A DNA stretch of 64,000 nt, from positions 14,508,001 to 14,572,000 of the forward strand of contig OZ024742.1 of the NCBI GenBank assembly GCA_964016885.1, written 5' to 3'. The position numbers were made by a program, and so were the translations under genes. The stretch comes from Eledone cirrhosa (lineage: Eukaryota). Under the pieces are notes generated by a model that saw only the letters and a program-made list of their open reading frames with translations, was not told where the DNA came from and made no database searches. Shown in pieces: positions 39,401 through 51,993 of this stretch (position 1 is the stretch's first letter; each line of letters opens with the position of its first letter).

Positions 39401-42400
39401 TCTAAGCTGGGTTCATGCCTATCGTCCTGCGTTTCAGATTTTCCACATTTTCTAAGCTGGGTTCATGCCTATCGTCCTGCGTTTCAGATTTTCCACATTC
39501 TCTAAGCTGGGTTCATGTCTTTCGTCCTGCGTTTCAGAGTTTCCACATTTTCTAAGCTGGGTTCATGTCTATCGTCCTGCGTTTCAGATTTTCCACATTT
39601 TCTAAGCTCGGTTCATGTCTATCATCCTGCTTTTCAGATTTTCCACATTTTCTAAGCTCGGTTCATGTCTATCGTCCTGCGTTTCAGATTTTCCACATTT
39701 TCTAAGCTGGGTTCATGCCTATCGTCCTGCGTTTCAGATTTTCCACATTTTCTAAGCTGGGTTCATGTCTATCGTCCTGCGTTTCAGATTTTCCACATTT
39801 TCTAAGCTGGGTTCATGTCTATCGTCCTGCGTTTCATTTTTCCACAGTTTCTAAGCTGGGTTCATGTCTATCGTCCTGCGTTTCAGAGTTTCCACATTTT
39901 CTAAGTTGGGTTCATGCCTATCGTCCTGCGTTTCAGAGTTTCTACATTTTCTAAGCTGGGTTCATGCCTATCGTCCTGCGTTTCAGATTTTCCACATTTT
40001 CTAAGCTGGGTTCATGTCTATCGTCCTGCGTTTCAGATTTTCCACATTTTCTAAGCTGGGTTCATGCCTATCGTCCTGCGTTTCAGAGTTTCCACATTTT
40101 CTAAGCTGGGTTCATGCCTATCGTCCTGCGTTTCAGATTTTCCACATTTTCTAAGCTGGGTTCATGTCTATCGTCCTGCGTTTCAGATTTTCCACAGTTT
40201 CTAAGCTGAGTTCATGCCTATCGTCCTGCGTTTCAGATTTTCCACATTTTCTAAGCTGGGTTCATGTCTATCGTCCTGCGTTTCAGATTTTCCACAGTTT
40301 CTAAGCTGGGTTCATGCCTATCGTCCTGCGTTTCAGATTTTCCACATTTTCTAAGCTGGGTTCATGTCTATCGTCCTGCGTTTCAGATTTTCCACAGTTT
40401 CTAAGCTGGGTTCATGCCTATCGTCCTGCGTTTCAGATTTTCCACAGTTTCTAAGCTGGGTTCATGCCTATCGTCCTGCGTTTCAGAGTTTCCATATTTT
40501 TTAAGCTGGGTTCATGTCTATCGTCCTGCGTTTCAGATTTTCCACATTTTCTAAGCTGGGTTCACATCTATCGTGCTGCGTTTCAGAGTTTCCACATGTT
40601 CTAAGCTGGGTTCATGCCTATCGTCCTGCGTTTCAGAGTTTCCACATTTTCTAAGCTGGGTTCATGCCTATCGTCCTGCGTTTCAGATTTTCCACATTTT
40701 CTAAGCTCGTTTCATGTCTATCATCCTGCGTTTCAGATTTTCCACATTTTCTAAGCTGGGTTCATGCCTATCGTCCTGCGTTTCAGAGTTTCCACATTTT
40801 CTAAGCTGGGTTCATGCCTATCGTCCTGCGTTTCAGAGTTTCCACATTTTCTAAGCTGGGTTCATGTCTATCGTCCTGCGTTTCAGAGTTTCCACATTTT
40901 CTAAGCTGGGTTCATGCCTATCGTCCTGCGTTTCAGAGTTTCCACATTTTCTAAGCTGGGTTCATGTCTATCGTCCTGCGTTTCAGATTTTCCACATTTT
41001 CTAAGCTGGGTTCATGCCTATCGTCCTGCGTTTCAGAGTTTCCACATTTTCTAAGCTGGGTTCATGCCTATCGTCCTGCGTTTCAGATTTTCCACATTTT
41101 CTAAGCTCGGTTCATGTCTATCGTCCTGCGTTTAAGAGTTTCCACATTTTCTAAGCTGGGTTCATGCCTATCGTCCTGCGTTTCAGAGTTTCCACATTTT
41201 CTAAGCTGGGTTCATGCCTATCGTCCTGCGTTTAAGAGTTTCCACATTTTCTAAGCTGGGTTCATGTCTATCGTCCTGCGTTTCAGAGTTTCCACATTTT
41301 CTAAGCTGGGTTCATGCCTATCGTCCTGCGTTTCAGAGTTTCCACATTTTCTAAGCTGGGTTCATGTCTATCGTCCTGCGTTTCAGAGTTTCCACATTTT
41401 CTAAGCTGGGTTCATGTCTATCGTCCTGCGTTTCAGAGTTTCCACATTTTCTAAGCTGGGTTCATGCCTATCGTCCTGCGTTTCAGATTTTCCACATTTT
41501 CTAAGCTGGGTTCATGCCTATCGTCCTGCGTTTCAGAGTTTCCACAGTTTCTAAGCAGGGTTCATGTCTATCGGCCTGCGTTTCAGAGTTTCCACATTTT
41601 CTAAGCTGGGTTCATGCCTATCGTCCTGCGTTTCAGAGTTTCCACATTTTCTAAGCTGGGTTCATGCCTATCGTCCTGCGTTTCAGAGTTTCCACATTTT
41701 CTAAGCTGGGTTCATGCCTATCGTCCTGCGTTTCAGATTTTCCACATTTTCTAAGCTGGGTTCATGTCTATCGTCCTGCGTTTCAGATTTTCCACATTTT
41801 CTAAGCTGGGTTCATGCCTATCGTCCTGCGTTTCAGAGTTTCCACATTTTCTAAGCTGGGTTCATGCCTATCGTCCTGCGTTTCAGATTTTCCACATTTT
41901 CTAAGCTGGGTTCATGTCTATCGTCCTGCGTTTCAGATTTTCCACAGTTTCTAAGCTGGGTTCATGCCTATCGTCCTGCGTTTCAGATTTTCCACATTTT
42001 CTAAGCTGGGTTCATGCCTATCGTCCTGCGTTTCAGATTTTCCACATTTTCTAAGCTGGGTTCATGTCTATCGTCCTGCGTTTCAGATTTTCCACAGTTT
42101 CTAAGCTGGGTTCATGCCTATCGTCCTGCGTTTCAGATTTTCCACATTTTCTAAGCTGGGTTCATGTCTATCGTCCTGCGTTTCAGATTTTCCACAGTTT
42201 CTAAGCTGGGTTCATGCCTATCGTCCTGCGTTTCAGAGTTTCCACATTTTCTAAGCTGGGTTCATGTCCATCGTCCTGCGTTTCAGAGTTTCCACATTTT
42301 CTAAGCTGGGTTCATGCCTATCGTCCTGCGTTTCAGATTTTCCACATTTTCTAAGCTGGGTTCATGCCTATCGTCCTGCGTTTCAGAGTTTCCACAGTTT

Positions 42401-45400
42401 CTAAGCTGGGTTCATGTCTATCAGCCTGCGTTTCAGAGTTTCCACATTTTCTAAGCTGGGTTCATGCCTATCGTCCTGCGTTTCAGAGTTTCCACATTTT
42501 CTAAGCTGGGTTCATGCCTATCGTCCTGCGTTTCAGAGTTTCCACATTTTCTAAGCTGGGTTCATGCCTATCGTCCTGCGTTTCAGATTTTCCACATTTT
42601 CTAAGCTGGGTTCATGTCTATCGTCCTGCGTTTCAGATTTTCCACATTTTCTAAGCTGGGTTCATGCCTATCGTCCTGCGTTTCAGAGTTTCCACATTTT
42701 CTAAGCTGGGTTCATGCCTATCGTCCTGCGTTTCAGATTTTCCACATTTTCTAAGATGGGTTCATGTCTATCGTCCTGCGTTTCAGATTTTCCACAGTTT
42801 CTAAGCTGGGTTCATGCCTATCGTCCTGCGTTTCAGATTTTCCACATTTTCTAAGCTGGGTTCATGTCTATCGTCCTGCGTTTCAGATTTTCCACAGTTT
42901 CTAAGCTGGGTTCATGCCTATCGTCCTGCGTTTCAGATTTTCCACATTTTCTAAGCTGGGTTCATGCCTATCGTCCTGCGTTTCAGATTTTCCACATTTT
43001 CTAAGCTGGGTTCATGACTATCGTCCTGCGTTTCAGATTTTCCACAGTTTCTAAGCTGGGTTCATGCCTATCGTCCTGCGTTTCAGATTTTCCACATTTT
43101 CTAAGCTGGGTTCATGTCTATCGTCCTGCGTTTCAGATTTTCCACAGTTTCTAAGCTGGGTTCATGCCTATCGTCCTGCGTTTCAGATTTTCCACATTTT
43201 CTAAGCTGGGTTCATGCCTATCGTCCTGCGTTTCAGATTTTCCACATTTTCTAAGCTGGGTTCATGTCTATCGTCCTGCGTTTCAGATTTTCCACAGTTT
43301 CTAAGCTGGGTTCATGCCTATCGTCCTGCGTTTCAGATTTTCCACATTTTCTAAGCTGGGTTCATGTCTATCGTCCTGCGTTTCAGATTTTCCACAGTTT
43401 CTAAGCTGGGTTCATGCCTATCGTCCTGCGTTTCAGATTTTCCACATTTTCTAAGCTGGGTTCATGCCTATCGTCCTGCGTTTCAGATTTTCCACATTCT
43501 CTAAGCTGGGTTCATGTCTTTCGTCCTGCGTTTCAGAGTTTCCACATTTTCTAAGCTGGGTTCATGTCTATCGTCCTGCGTTTCAGATTTTCCACATTTT
43601 CTAAGCTCGGTTCATGTCTATCATCCTGCTTTTCAGATTTTCCACATTTTCTAAGCTCGGTTCATGTCTATCGTCCTGCGTTTCAGATTTTCCACATTTT
43701 CTAAGCTGGGTTCATGCCTATCGTCCTGCGTTTCAGATTTTCCACATTTTCTAAGCTGGGTTCATGTCTATCGTCCTGCGTTTCAGATTTTCCACATTTT
43801 CTAAGCTGGGTTCATGTCTATCGTCCTGCGTTTCATTTTTCCACAGTTTCTAAGCTGGGTTCATGTCTATCGTCCTGCGTTTCAGAGTTTCCACATTTTC
43901 TAAGTTGGGTTCATGCCTATCGTCCTGCGTTTCAGAGTTTCTACATTTTCTAAGCTGGGTTCATGCCTATCGTCCTGCGTTTCAGATTTTCCACATTTTC
44001 TAAGCTGGGTTCATGTCTATCGTCCTGCGTTTCAGATTTTCCACATTTTCTAAGCTGGGTTCATGCCTATCGTCCTGCGTTTCAGAGTTTCCACATTTTC
44101 TAAGCTGGGTTCATGCCTATCGTCCTGCGTTTCAGATTTTCCACATTTTCTAAGCTGGGTTCATGTCTATCGTCCTGCGTTTCAGATTTTCCACAGTTTC
44201 TAAGCTGAGTTCATGCCTATCGTCCTGCGTTTCAGATTTTCCACATTTTCTAAGCTGGGTTCATGTCTATCGTCCTGCGTTTCAGATTTTCCACAGTTTC
44301 TAAGCTGGGTTCATGCCTATCGTCCTGCGTTTCAGATTTTCCACATTTTCTAAGCTGGGTTCATGTCTATCGTCCTGCGTTTCAGATTTTCCACAGTTTC
44401 TAAGCTGGGTTCATGCCTATCGTCCTGCGTTTCAGATTTTCCACAGTTTCTAAGCTGGGTTCATGCCTATCGTCCTGCGTTTCAGAGTTTCCACATTTTC
44501 TAAGCTGGGTTCATGCCTATCGTCCTGCGTTTCAGATTTTCCACATTTTCTAAGCTGGGTTCATGTCTATCGTCCTGCGTTTCAGATTTTCCACAGTTTC
44601 TAAGCTGGGTTCATGCCTATCGTCCTGCGTTTCAGATTTTCCACATTTTCTAAGCTGGGTTCATGTCTATCGTCCTGCGTTTCAGATTTTCCACAGTTTC
44701 TAAGCTGGGTTCATGCCTATCGTCCTGCGTTTCAGAGTTTCCACATTTTCTAAGCTGGGTTCATGTCTATCGTCCTGCGTTTCAGATTTTCCACAGTTTC
44801 TAAGCTGGGTTCATGCCTATCGTCCTGCGTTTCAGATTTTCCACATTTTCTAAGCTGGGTTCATGTCTATCGTCCTGCGTTTCAGATTTTCCACAGTTTC
44901 TAAGCTGGGTTCATGCCTATCGTCCTGCGTTTCAGATTTTCCACATTTTCTAAGCTGGGTTCATGTCTATCGTCCTGCGTTTCAGATTTTCCACAGTTTC
45001 TAAGCTGGGTTCATGCCTATCGTCCTGCGTTTCAGAGTTTCCACATTTTCTAAGCTGGGTTCATGTCTATCGTCCTGCGTTTCAGAGTTTCTACATTTTC
45101 TAAGCTGGGTTCATGCCTATCGTCCTGCGTTTCAGAGTTTCCACATTTTCTAAGCTGGGTTCATGTCTATCGTCCTGCGTTTCAGAGTTTCTACATTTTC
45201 TAAGCTGGGTTCATGCCTATCGTCCTGCGTTTCAGAGTTTCCACATTTTCTAAGCTGGGTTCATGTCTATCGTCCTGCGTTTCAGATTTTCCACAGTTTC
45301 TAAGCTGGGTTCATGCCTATCGTCCTGCGTTTCAGATTTTCCACATTTTCTAAGCTGGGTTCATGTCTATCGTCCTGCGTTTCAGATTTTCCACAGTTTC

Positions 45401-45855
45401 TAAGCTGGGTTCATGCCTATCGTCCTGCGTTTCAGATTTTCCACATTTTCTAAGCTGGGTTCATGTCTATCGTCCTGCGTTTCAGATTTTCCACAGTTTC
45501 TAAGCTGGGTTCATGCCTATCGTCCTGCGTTTCAGAGTTTCCACATTTTCTAAGCTGGGTTCATGTCTATCGTCCTGCGTTTCAGAGTTTCTACATTTTC
45601 TAAGCTGGGTTCATGCCTATCGTCCTGCGTTTCAGAGTTTCCACATTTTCTAAGCTGGGTTCATGCCTATCGTCCTGCGTTTCAGAGTTTCCACATTTTC
45701 TAAGCTGGGTTCATGTCTATCGTCCTGCGTTTCAGAGTTTCCACATTTTCTAAGCTGGGTTCATGCCTATCGTCCTGCGTTTCAGATTTTCCACATTTTC
45801 TAAGCTGGGTTCATGCCTATCGTCCTGAGTTTCAGAGTTTCCACATTTTCTAAGC
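36447..45855. repeat. 50-bp satellite array (~188 copies) in the intron between SNX25 coding exons 2 and 3
   Basis: Unit TCTAAGCTGGGTTCATG(C/T)CTATCGTCCTGCGTTTCAGA(G/T)TTTCCACA(T/G)TT; contains an internal 3999-bp duplication. Confidence 0.97.
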
Positions 45856-45902
45856 ATTTCAACTCAATCGATTTATATATTTGCTTTTATTTTTAATCAC
45901 AG

Positions 45903-46034
45903 ATCTGACATTTGGGTTGTGGTAGAGAAGTTATCTCATCGTTTGTCCAAAGTTGATATGGTGAAGTTCATGACACAAGACCTTGTTAATACAATACACA
46001 ATCACTTCAAAGAGATACGATTGGCATCGAAAAC
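45903..46034 (+). CDS. SNX25: SNX25-like coding exon 3 (PXA domain)
   Basis: Acceptor TTTTTAATCACAG; reads (K)SDIWVVVEKLSHRLSKVDMVKFMTQDLVNTIHNHFKEIRLASK; donor AC|GTGAGT; phases 2/2 fit both neighbours. Not present in the supplied ORF track. Confidence 0.85.
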
Positions 46035-46266
46035 GTGAGTATTTCTCCCTACATTTTAACAGCTAGTTCCAGACTGTATATATATATAATACAAGGATGA
46101 GTGGTTACTCCTTCATTACATTTATTGGTTGGTGACACGTGTTTCGCTACTGATCAGCTCAAGGTTCAATCTGTATCGATCTGGCCCAACTCTGGAATCA
46201 AAATCTTGTTGGACCTCTGTAGTACTAATGACAACAACTCTGCGTTACACTCCCTGTATATACACG

Positions 46267-48827
46267 GAAGGCCGGTTATATGGCGCCTGTGTGAGATGCC
46301 TGTGTGAGATGCGTGTGTGAGGTGCCTGTGTAAGACGCCTGTGTGAGACGCCTGTGTGAGATGCCTGTGTGAGATGCCTGCGTGAGATGCCTGCGTGAGA
46401 TGCCTGTGTGAGATGCCTGTGTGAGATGCCTGTGTGAGATGCCTGTGTGAGATGCCTGTGTGAGATGCCTGTGTGAGATGCATGTCTGAGGTGCCTGTGT
46501 AAGACGCCTGTGTGAGATGCCTGTGTGAGATGCCTGTGTGAGATGCCTGTGTGAGATGCCTGTGTGAGATGCCTGTGTGAGATGCATGTGTGAGGTGCCT
46601 GTGTAAGACGCCTGTGTGAGATGCCTGTGTGAGATGCGTGTGTGAGATGCCTGTGTGAGATGCCTGCGTGAGATGCCTGTGTGAGATGCCTGTGTGAGAT
46701 GCCTGTGTGAGATGCCTGTGTGAGATGCGTGTGTGAGGTGCCTGTGTAAGACGCCTGTGTGAGACGCCTGTGTGAGATGCCTGTGTGAGATGCCTGCATA
46801 AGATGCCTGCATGAGATGCCTGTGTGAGATGCTTGTGTGAGATGCCTGTGTGAGATGCCTGTGTGAGATGCCTGCGTGAGATGCCTGTGTGAGATGCCTG
46901 TGTGAGATGCCTGTGTGAGATGCGAGATGCCTGTGTGAGATGCCTGTGTGAGATGCCTGCGCGAGATGCCTGCGCGAGATGCCTGCGTGAGATGCCTGCG
47001 TGAGATGCCTGTGTGAGATGCCTGTGTGAGATGCCTGTGTGAGGTGCCTGTGTGAGGTGCCTGTGTAAGACGCCTGTGAGATGCCTGCGTGAGATGCCTG
47101 CGTGAGATGCCTGTGTCAGATGCCTGTGTCAGATGCCTGTGTGAGATGCCTGTGTGAGATGCGTGTGTGAGATGCGTGTGTGAGATGCCTGTGTGAGATG
47201 CCTGTGTGAGATGCCTGTGTGAGATGCCTGCGTGAGATGCCTGTGTGAGATGCCTGTGTGAGATGCCTGTGTGAGATGCCTGCGTGAGATGCATGTGTGA
47301 GATGCGTGTGTGAGATGCCTGCGTGAGATGCCTGTGTGAGATGCCTGTGTGAGATGCCTGTGTGAGATGCCTGTGTGAGATGCCTGTGTGAGATGCGTTT
47401 GTGAGATGCCTGTGTGAGATGCGTGTGTGAGATGCCTGTGTGAGATGCGTTTGTGAGATGCCTGTGTGAGATGCCTGCGTGAGATGCCTGTGTGAGATGC
47501 CTGTGTGAGATGCCTGTGTGAGATGCCTGTGTGAGATGCGTTTGTGAGATGCCTGTGTGAGATGCGTGTGTGAGATGCGTGTGTGAGATGCCTGTGTGAG
47601 ATGCCTGCGTGAGATGCCTGTGTGAGATGCCTGCGTGAGATGCCTGTGTGAGATGCCTGCGTGAGATGCCTGTGTGAGATGCCTGTGTGAGATGCCTGTG
47701 TGAGATGCGTGTGTGAGATGCCTGTATGAGATGCCTGTGTGAGATGCCTGTGTGAGATGCCTGTGTGAGATGCCTGTGTGAGATGCGTGTGTGAGATGCC
47801 TGTGTGAGATGCCTGTGTGAGATGCGTGTGTGAGATGCCTGTGTGAGATGCCTGTGTGAGATGCCTGTGTGAGATGCCTGTGTGAGATGCGTGTGTGAGA
47901 TGCGTGTGTGAGATGCCTGTGTGAGACGCCTGTGTGAGATGCCTGTGTGAGATGCCTGTGTGAGATGCGTTTGTGAGATGCGTGTGTGAGATGCCTGTGT
48001 GAGATGCCTGTGTGAGATGCCTGTGTGAGATGCCTGTGTGAGATGCGTTTGTGAGATGCGTGTGTGAGATGCGTGTGTGAGATGCGTGTGTGAGATGCCT
48101 GTGTGAGATGCCTGCGTGAGATGCCTGTGTGAGATGCCTGTGTGAGATGCCTGCGTGAGATGCCTGCGTGAGATGCGTGTGTGAGATGCGTGTGTGAGAT
48201 GCCTGCGTGAGATGCCTGTGTGAGATGCCTGTGTGAGATGCCTGTGTGAGATGCGTTTGTGAGATGCCTGTGTGAGATGCCTGTGTGAGATGCCTGTGTG
48301 AGATGCGTTTGTGAGATGCGTGTGTGAGATGCGTGTGTGAGATGCGTGTGTGAGATGCCTGTGTGAGATGCCTGTGTGAGATGTCCTTGTGAGATGCGTG
48401 ATGCTGCATGGTAGTGAGACATGGGCAGCAACTGCTGAGGATATGCGACAGCTGGAGAGAAATGAAGCAAGCATGCTCCGTTGGATGTGCCATGTTAATG
48501 CATGTGAATGACCAAGCATGGATGTGTTGAGAGAGAAACCGTGTATAAGAGGGATAAGTTGTAGTGTGCGGGAGAGAAGACTGCGATAGTATGGACATGT
48601 GATGCGCATGGAAGATGACCACTGGATAAAGAAGTGCCAAGAAATCCCAGTAGAAGGAAGATGCAGTAGAGGAAGACCACGAAAAACATGGGCGGAGGTG
48701 GTGAGAGCAGACCTCAGATCGCTGAAGCTCTCTGAGGAGATGAAGGATCGTGACAAGTGGAGAGATGCTGTGCTAAATAGGACCCGCTCCACCCTTGCAA
48801 GCAGGGAAAAGCGGACGTAAAATGATG

Positions 48828-48829
<2 letters not shown>
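46267..48829 (+). mobile_element. RTE LINE 3' fragment split by a 13-bp minisatellite
   Basis: EGRLYGACVRC lies before the array; VRCVMLHGSETWA...LERNEASMLRWMC...GRPRKTW lies after it. Confidence 0.85.
46285..48397. repeat. 13-bp minisatellite (GATGCCTGTGTGA)n, ~160 copies
   Basis: Read directly; explains the 13-aa periodic HLTQASHTGISHR ORFs on the - strand. Confidence 0.97.
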
Positions 48830-48884
<55 letters not shown>

Positions 48885-49076
48885 GATAGGTGTGTAACAT
48901 TAGTTATTTGAAGTGCTATTGATTACAGAGTCAGTTTCAATTGTGATTGATCATACTTTCAGCTGATCGTTAACGAAACACGTGTCATCTGTGAATAAGG
49001 TGCAATCTTGATACTTTGTTCCAGTTTACCTATTACACACATATATATATGTGTGTGTGTATATATATATAAATAT

Positions 49077-49855
49077 ATACGAACAGCAATGTTGCATGGT
49101 AGTGAGACCTGGGCATTGTGTGCAGAGGATATACGCAGACTAGAGAGGAACGAAGCTTGCATGCTCCGCTGGATGTGTAACAGTAATATACGTGAACGGC
49201 AAAGCATAAACGAACTAAGGAAAAAATTAGAGATAAGAGGGATCAGATGTTGTTTACTCGAGAGAAGGCTGCGTTGGTATGGACACGTGATGCGCATGAA
49301 AGTCGATAGCTGTATTACAAAGTGCAGGGCAATAAAGATAGACGGTAGCCACGGAATAGGCAGACCTAGAAAAACATGGGATGAGCTGATAAACTCCGAC
49401 CTCACACACTTACACCTCTCCAAGACAATGTCACTGGACCGTGACCTTTGGCGGTACTCAGTAACAGAGAAGACCCGCCTTGCCAGTAGGCATCTCTAAC
49501 AAACTACACCCCGTCCCGCCACCACCCCCACCCCATCCACACCACCCCGTTCCATGTAAAGTTATGTTGGTGCCGCGCCATCCAGGCCGAAACAAACGAG
49601 ATCGTGTAGGTGTCACGACAAAAAAACACACAGTCCACGCTGTAATGTGGCCGTGTAGGCAACACGGTAAAAACCTCCCAGACCCACACTGTAAATGTGG
49701 TTGGTGTTAGGAAGGGCATCCAACTGTAGAAAACCTGCCAGACAGTCCTATGCGAGCAAGACAATCACTCTTGCCTCAAGTGGGACTACCCCCGTCCAAA
49801 CCCATGCAAGCGTGGAACACGGACGTTAAACGTTGATGATGATGATGATGATGAT
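49077..49855 (+). mobile_element. 5'-truncated RTE LINE
   Basis: IRTAMLHGSETW...RRLRWYGHVMR, 3' UTR and (GAT)n tail. Confidence 0.9.
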
Positions 49856-49872
49856 ATATATACACATATTCT

Positions 49873-51378
49873 AAGGTTAGAATTAATGAATATTGTGAAG
49901 AATTTAGTGTAAAAGTTGGTGTTCACCAAGGCTCTGTCCTTAGCCCCCTCCTATTTATTATTGCCCTTCAGGCTATAACAGAGGAGTTCAAGACCGGCTG
50001 CCCATGGGAATTCCTATACGCAGATGATCTAACGCTCATAGCTGAATCAATGGCTGAACTAGAAAAGAAATTCCAAACATGGAAGCATGGCCTAGAATCA
50101 AAAGGACTTAAAGTTAACTTGTCTAAGACTAAAGTCCTAGTTTGTAGAAAGAAAAATAAGGCACAGGTACCCTCAGGGAAATGGCCTTGCTGAAAGGAAA
50201 GGAGTAGGCAGAAATTCAATTTTATGTCCCAAATGCAAAGTATGGGTACATAAAAGATGTAGTGGGATCACAGGTAAACTATCTAAGAACGTAGACTTTA
50301 TATGTGGCCAATGCTCAGGTGCAATAGGTAGCAAGTGTCCACAGGATACTAGCCCCTTCTATTGCCCAGATGATTCTATAGAAATAGTAGATACGTTACC
50401 TGGGTGACAAAATCAGCAGTGGTGGAGGGTGTTCTGAAAGTACAGTAGCCAGAGTCAGAACGAGATGGAAAAAGTTCAGAGAGCTTATACCGCTGTTGGC
50501 CACAAAAGGTTTCTCTCTAAAAATGAAAGGCAGATTGTATGATGCTTGTATACGAACTGCAATGCTACATGGCAGTGAGACCTGGGCATTGTGTGCAGAG
50601 GATATACGTAGACTGGAAAGGAAGGAAGCATGCATGCTCTGCTGGATGTGTAATAGTAATATATGTAAACGGCAAAGCATAAATGAACTAGGTGAGAAAT
50701 TAGGAATAAGAGGGATCAGATGCTGTTTACTGGAGAGAAGACTACGTTGGTATGGCCACGTGATGCGCATGAAAGATGACAGCTGTATAAAAAAGTGCAG
50801 GGCGATCACAATTGATGGTAGTTACAGAGTAGGTAGACCCAGAAAAACCTGGGACGATCTGATAAATTCCGACCTTACACACTTGCACCTCTCTAAGACA
50901 ATGTCACTGGACCGAGATCTTTGGCGCTACACAGTAATACAGAAGACCCGCCTTGCCTATGTACAAAGTGAAACCTACAGTCAGTAGGCACCTCTTAACC
51001 AAATATACACCCCCCAACCCACTACCCCTAACCTATCCTCCCACTCCCACCAACACCACCCTGTCTCTATAAAGTTGGTACCACAACATCCAGTCCAAGT
51101 AAATGAGATAAATGAGATGGAGATCGTGTATGTGTCACGAGAAAAAAACACACAGTCCACGCTGTAATGTGGCCGTGTAGGTAACATGGTAAAAAGTTCC
51201 CAGTTCCACACTGTAAATGTGGTTGGTGTTAGGAAGGGCATCCAGCCATAGAAAACCTGCCAGATAGTCCTATTTGAGCGAGACACGGTCACCCGACCCA
51301 CCTTGCCTCAAGTGGGACAACTCCCGTCTAACCCATGCTAACATGGAAAGTGGACGTTAAACGAGGATGATGATGATG

Positions 51379-51380
<2 letters not shown>
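49873..51380 (+). mobile_element. 5'-truncated, frameshifted RTE LINE (diverged subfamily)
   Basis: GVHQGSVLSPLLF...YADDL motifs at ~49920-50030, ORF 50496-50987, (GAT)n tail. Confidence 0.9.
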
Positions 51381-51411
<31 letters not shown>

Positions 51412-51444
51412 TATATATATGTGCGTGTGTGTATTTATATATAC

Positions 51445-51959
51445 ATGCGTATGAAGGATGACAGCTGCATAAAAATGTGCAGAGCACTAGAAGTTGATGG
51501 AAACCGCGGAGTGGGGAGACCCAAGATGACCTGGGATGAGGTGATAAAAGCCGACCTTACCCAATTACACCTCTCAAAGACAATGACACACGACCGTGAC
51601 TTCTGGCGTCACGCAGTAATACAGAGTACCCGACCTCCCATGGGTACAAGCTGAAGCATATAGACAATATGCCCCCACACCCCCCACCGCAAGGTGGTCG
51701 TGGAGGTGCCACGGCAAAAAAGCACCCAGCCCACACTGTAAAGTGGACGTGTAGGCGCCACGAAAAAGCACCCAGCACTCACTGTAAATGAGGTTGGTGT
51801 TAGGAAGGGCATCCAGCTGTAGAAATCAAGCCAGATCAGTTCCTGTATGAGCAAGGCATGGTCAGCCGACCAGACACTGCCCACAACAGGGCAACCCGTC
51901 TAACCCATGCTAGCGTGGAAGAACGGACGTAAAACGGTGATGATGATGATGATGATGAT
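51445..51959 (+). mobile_element. RTE LINE 3' fragment (third family)
   Basis: MRMKDDSCIKMCRALEVDGNRGVGRPKMTWDEVI, shared GGTGTTAGGAAGGGCATCCAG 3' UTR motif, (GAT)n tail. Confidence 0.82.
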
Positions 51960-51993
51960 ATACACACACGCACATATATATATGTGCGTGTGT

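Noticed and set aside
39715-43953. Duplicate 79-aa ORFs in the 50-bp array
   Set aside because: Created by a 1-bp deletion in one unit and copied by the 3999-bp duplication.
46166-48792. His-rich ORFs up to 741 aa (HLTQASHTGISHR)n
   Set aside because: A stop-free 13-bp minisatellite read on the - strand, open in all three frames and antisense to a LINE fragment.
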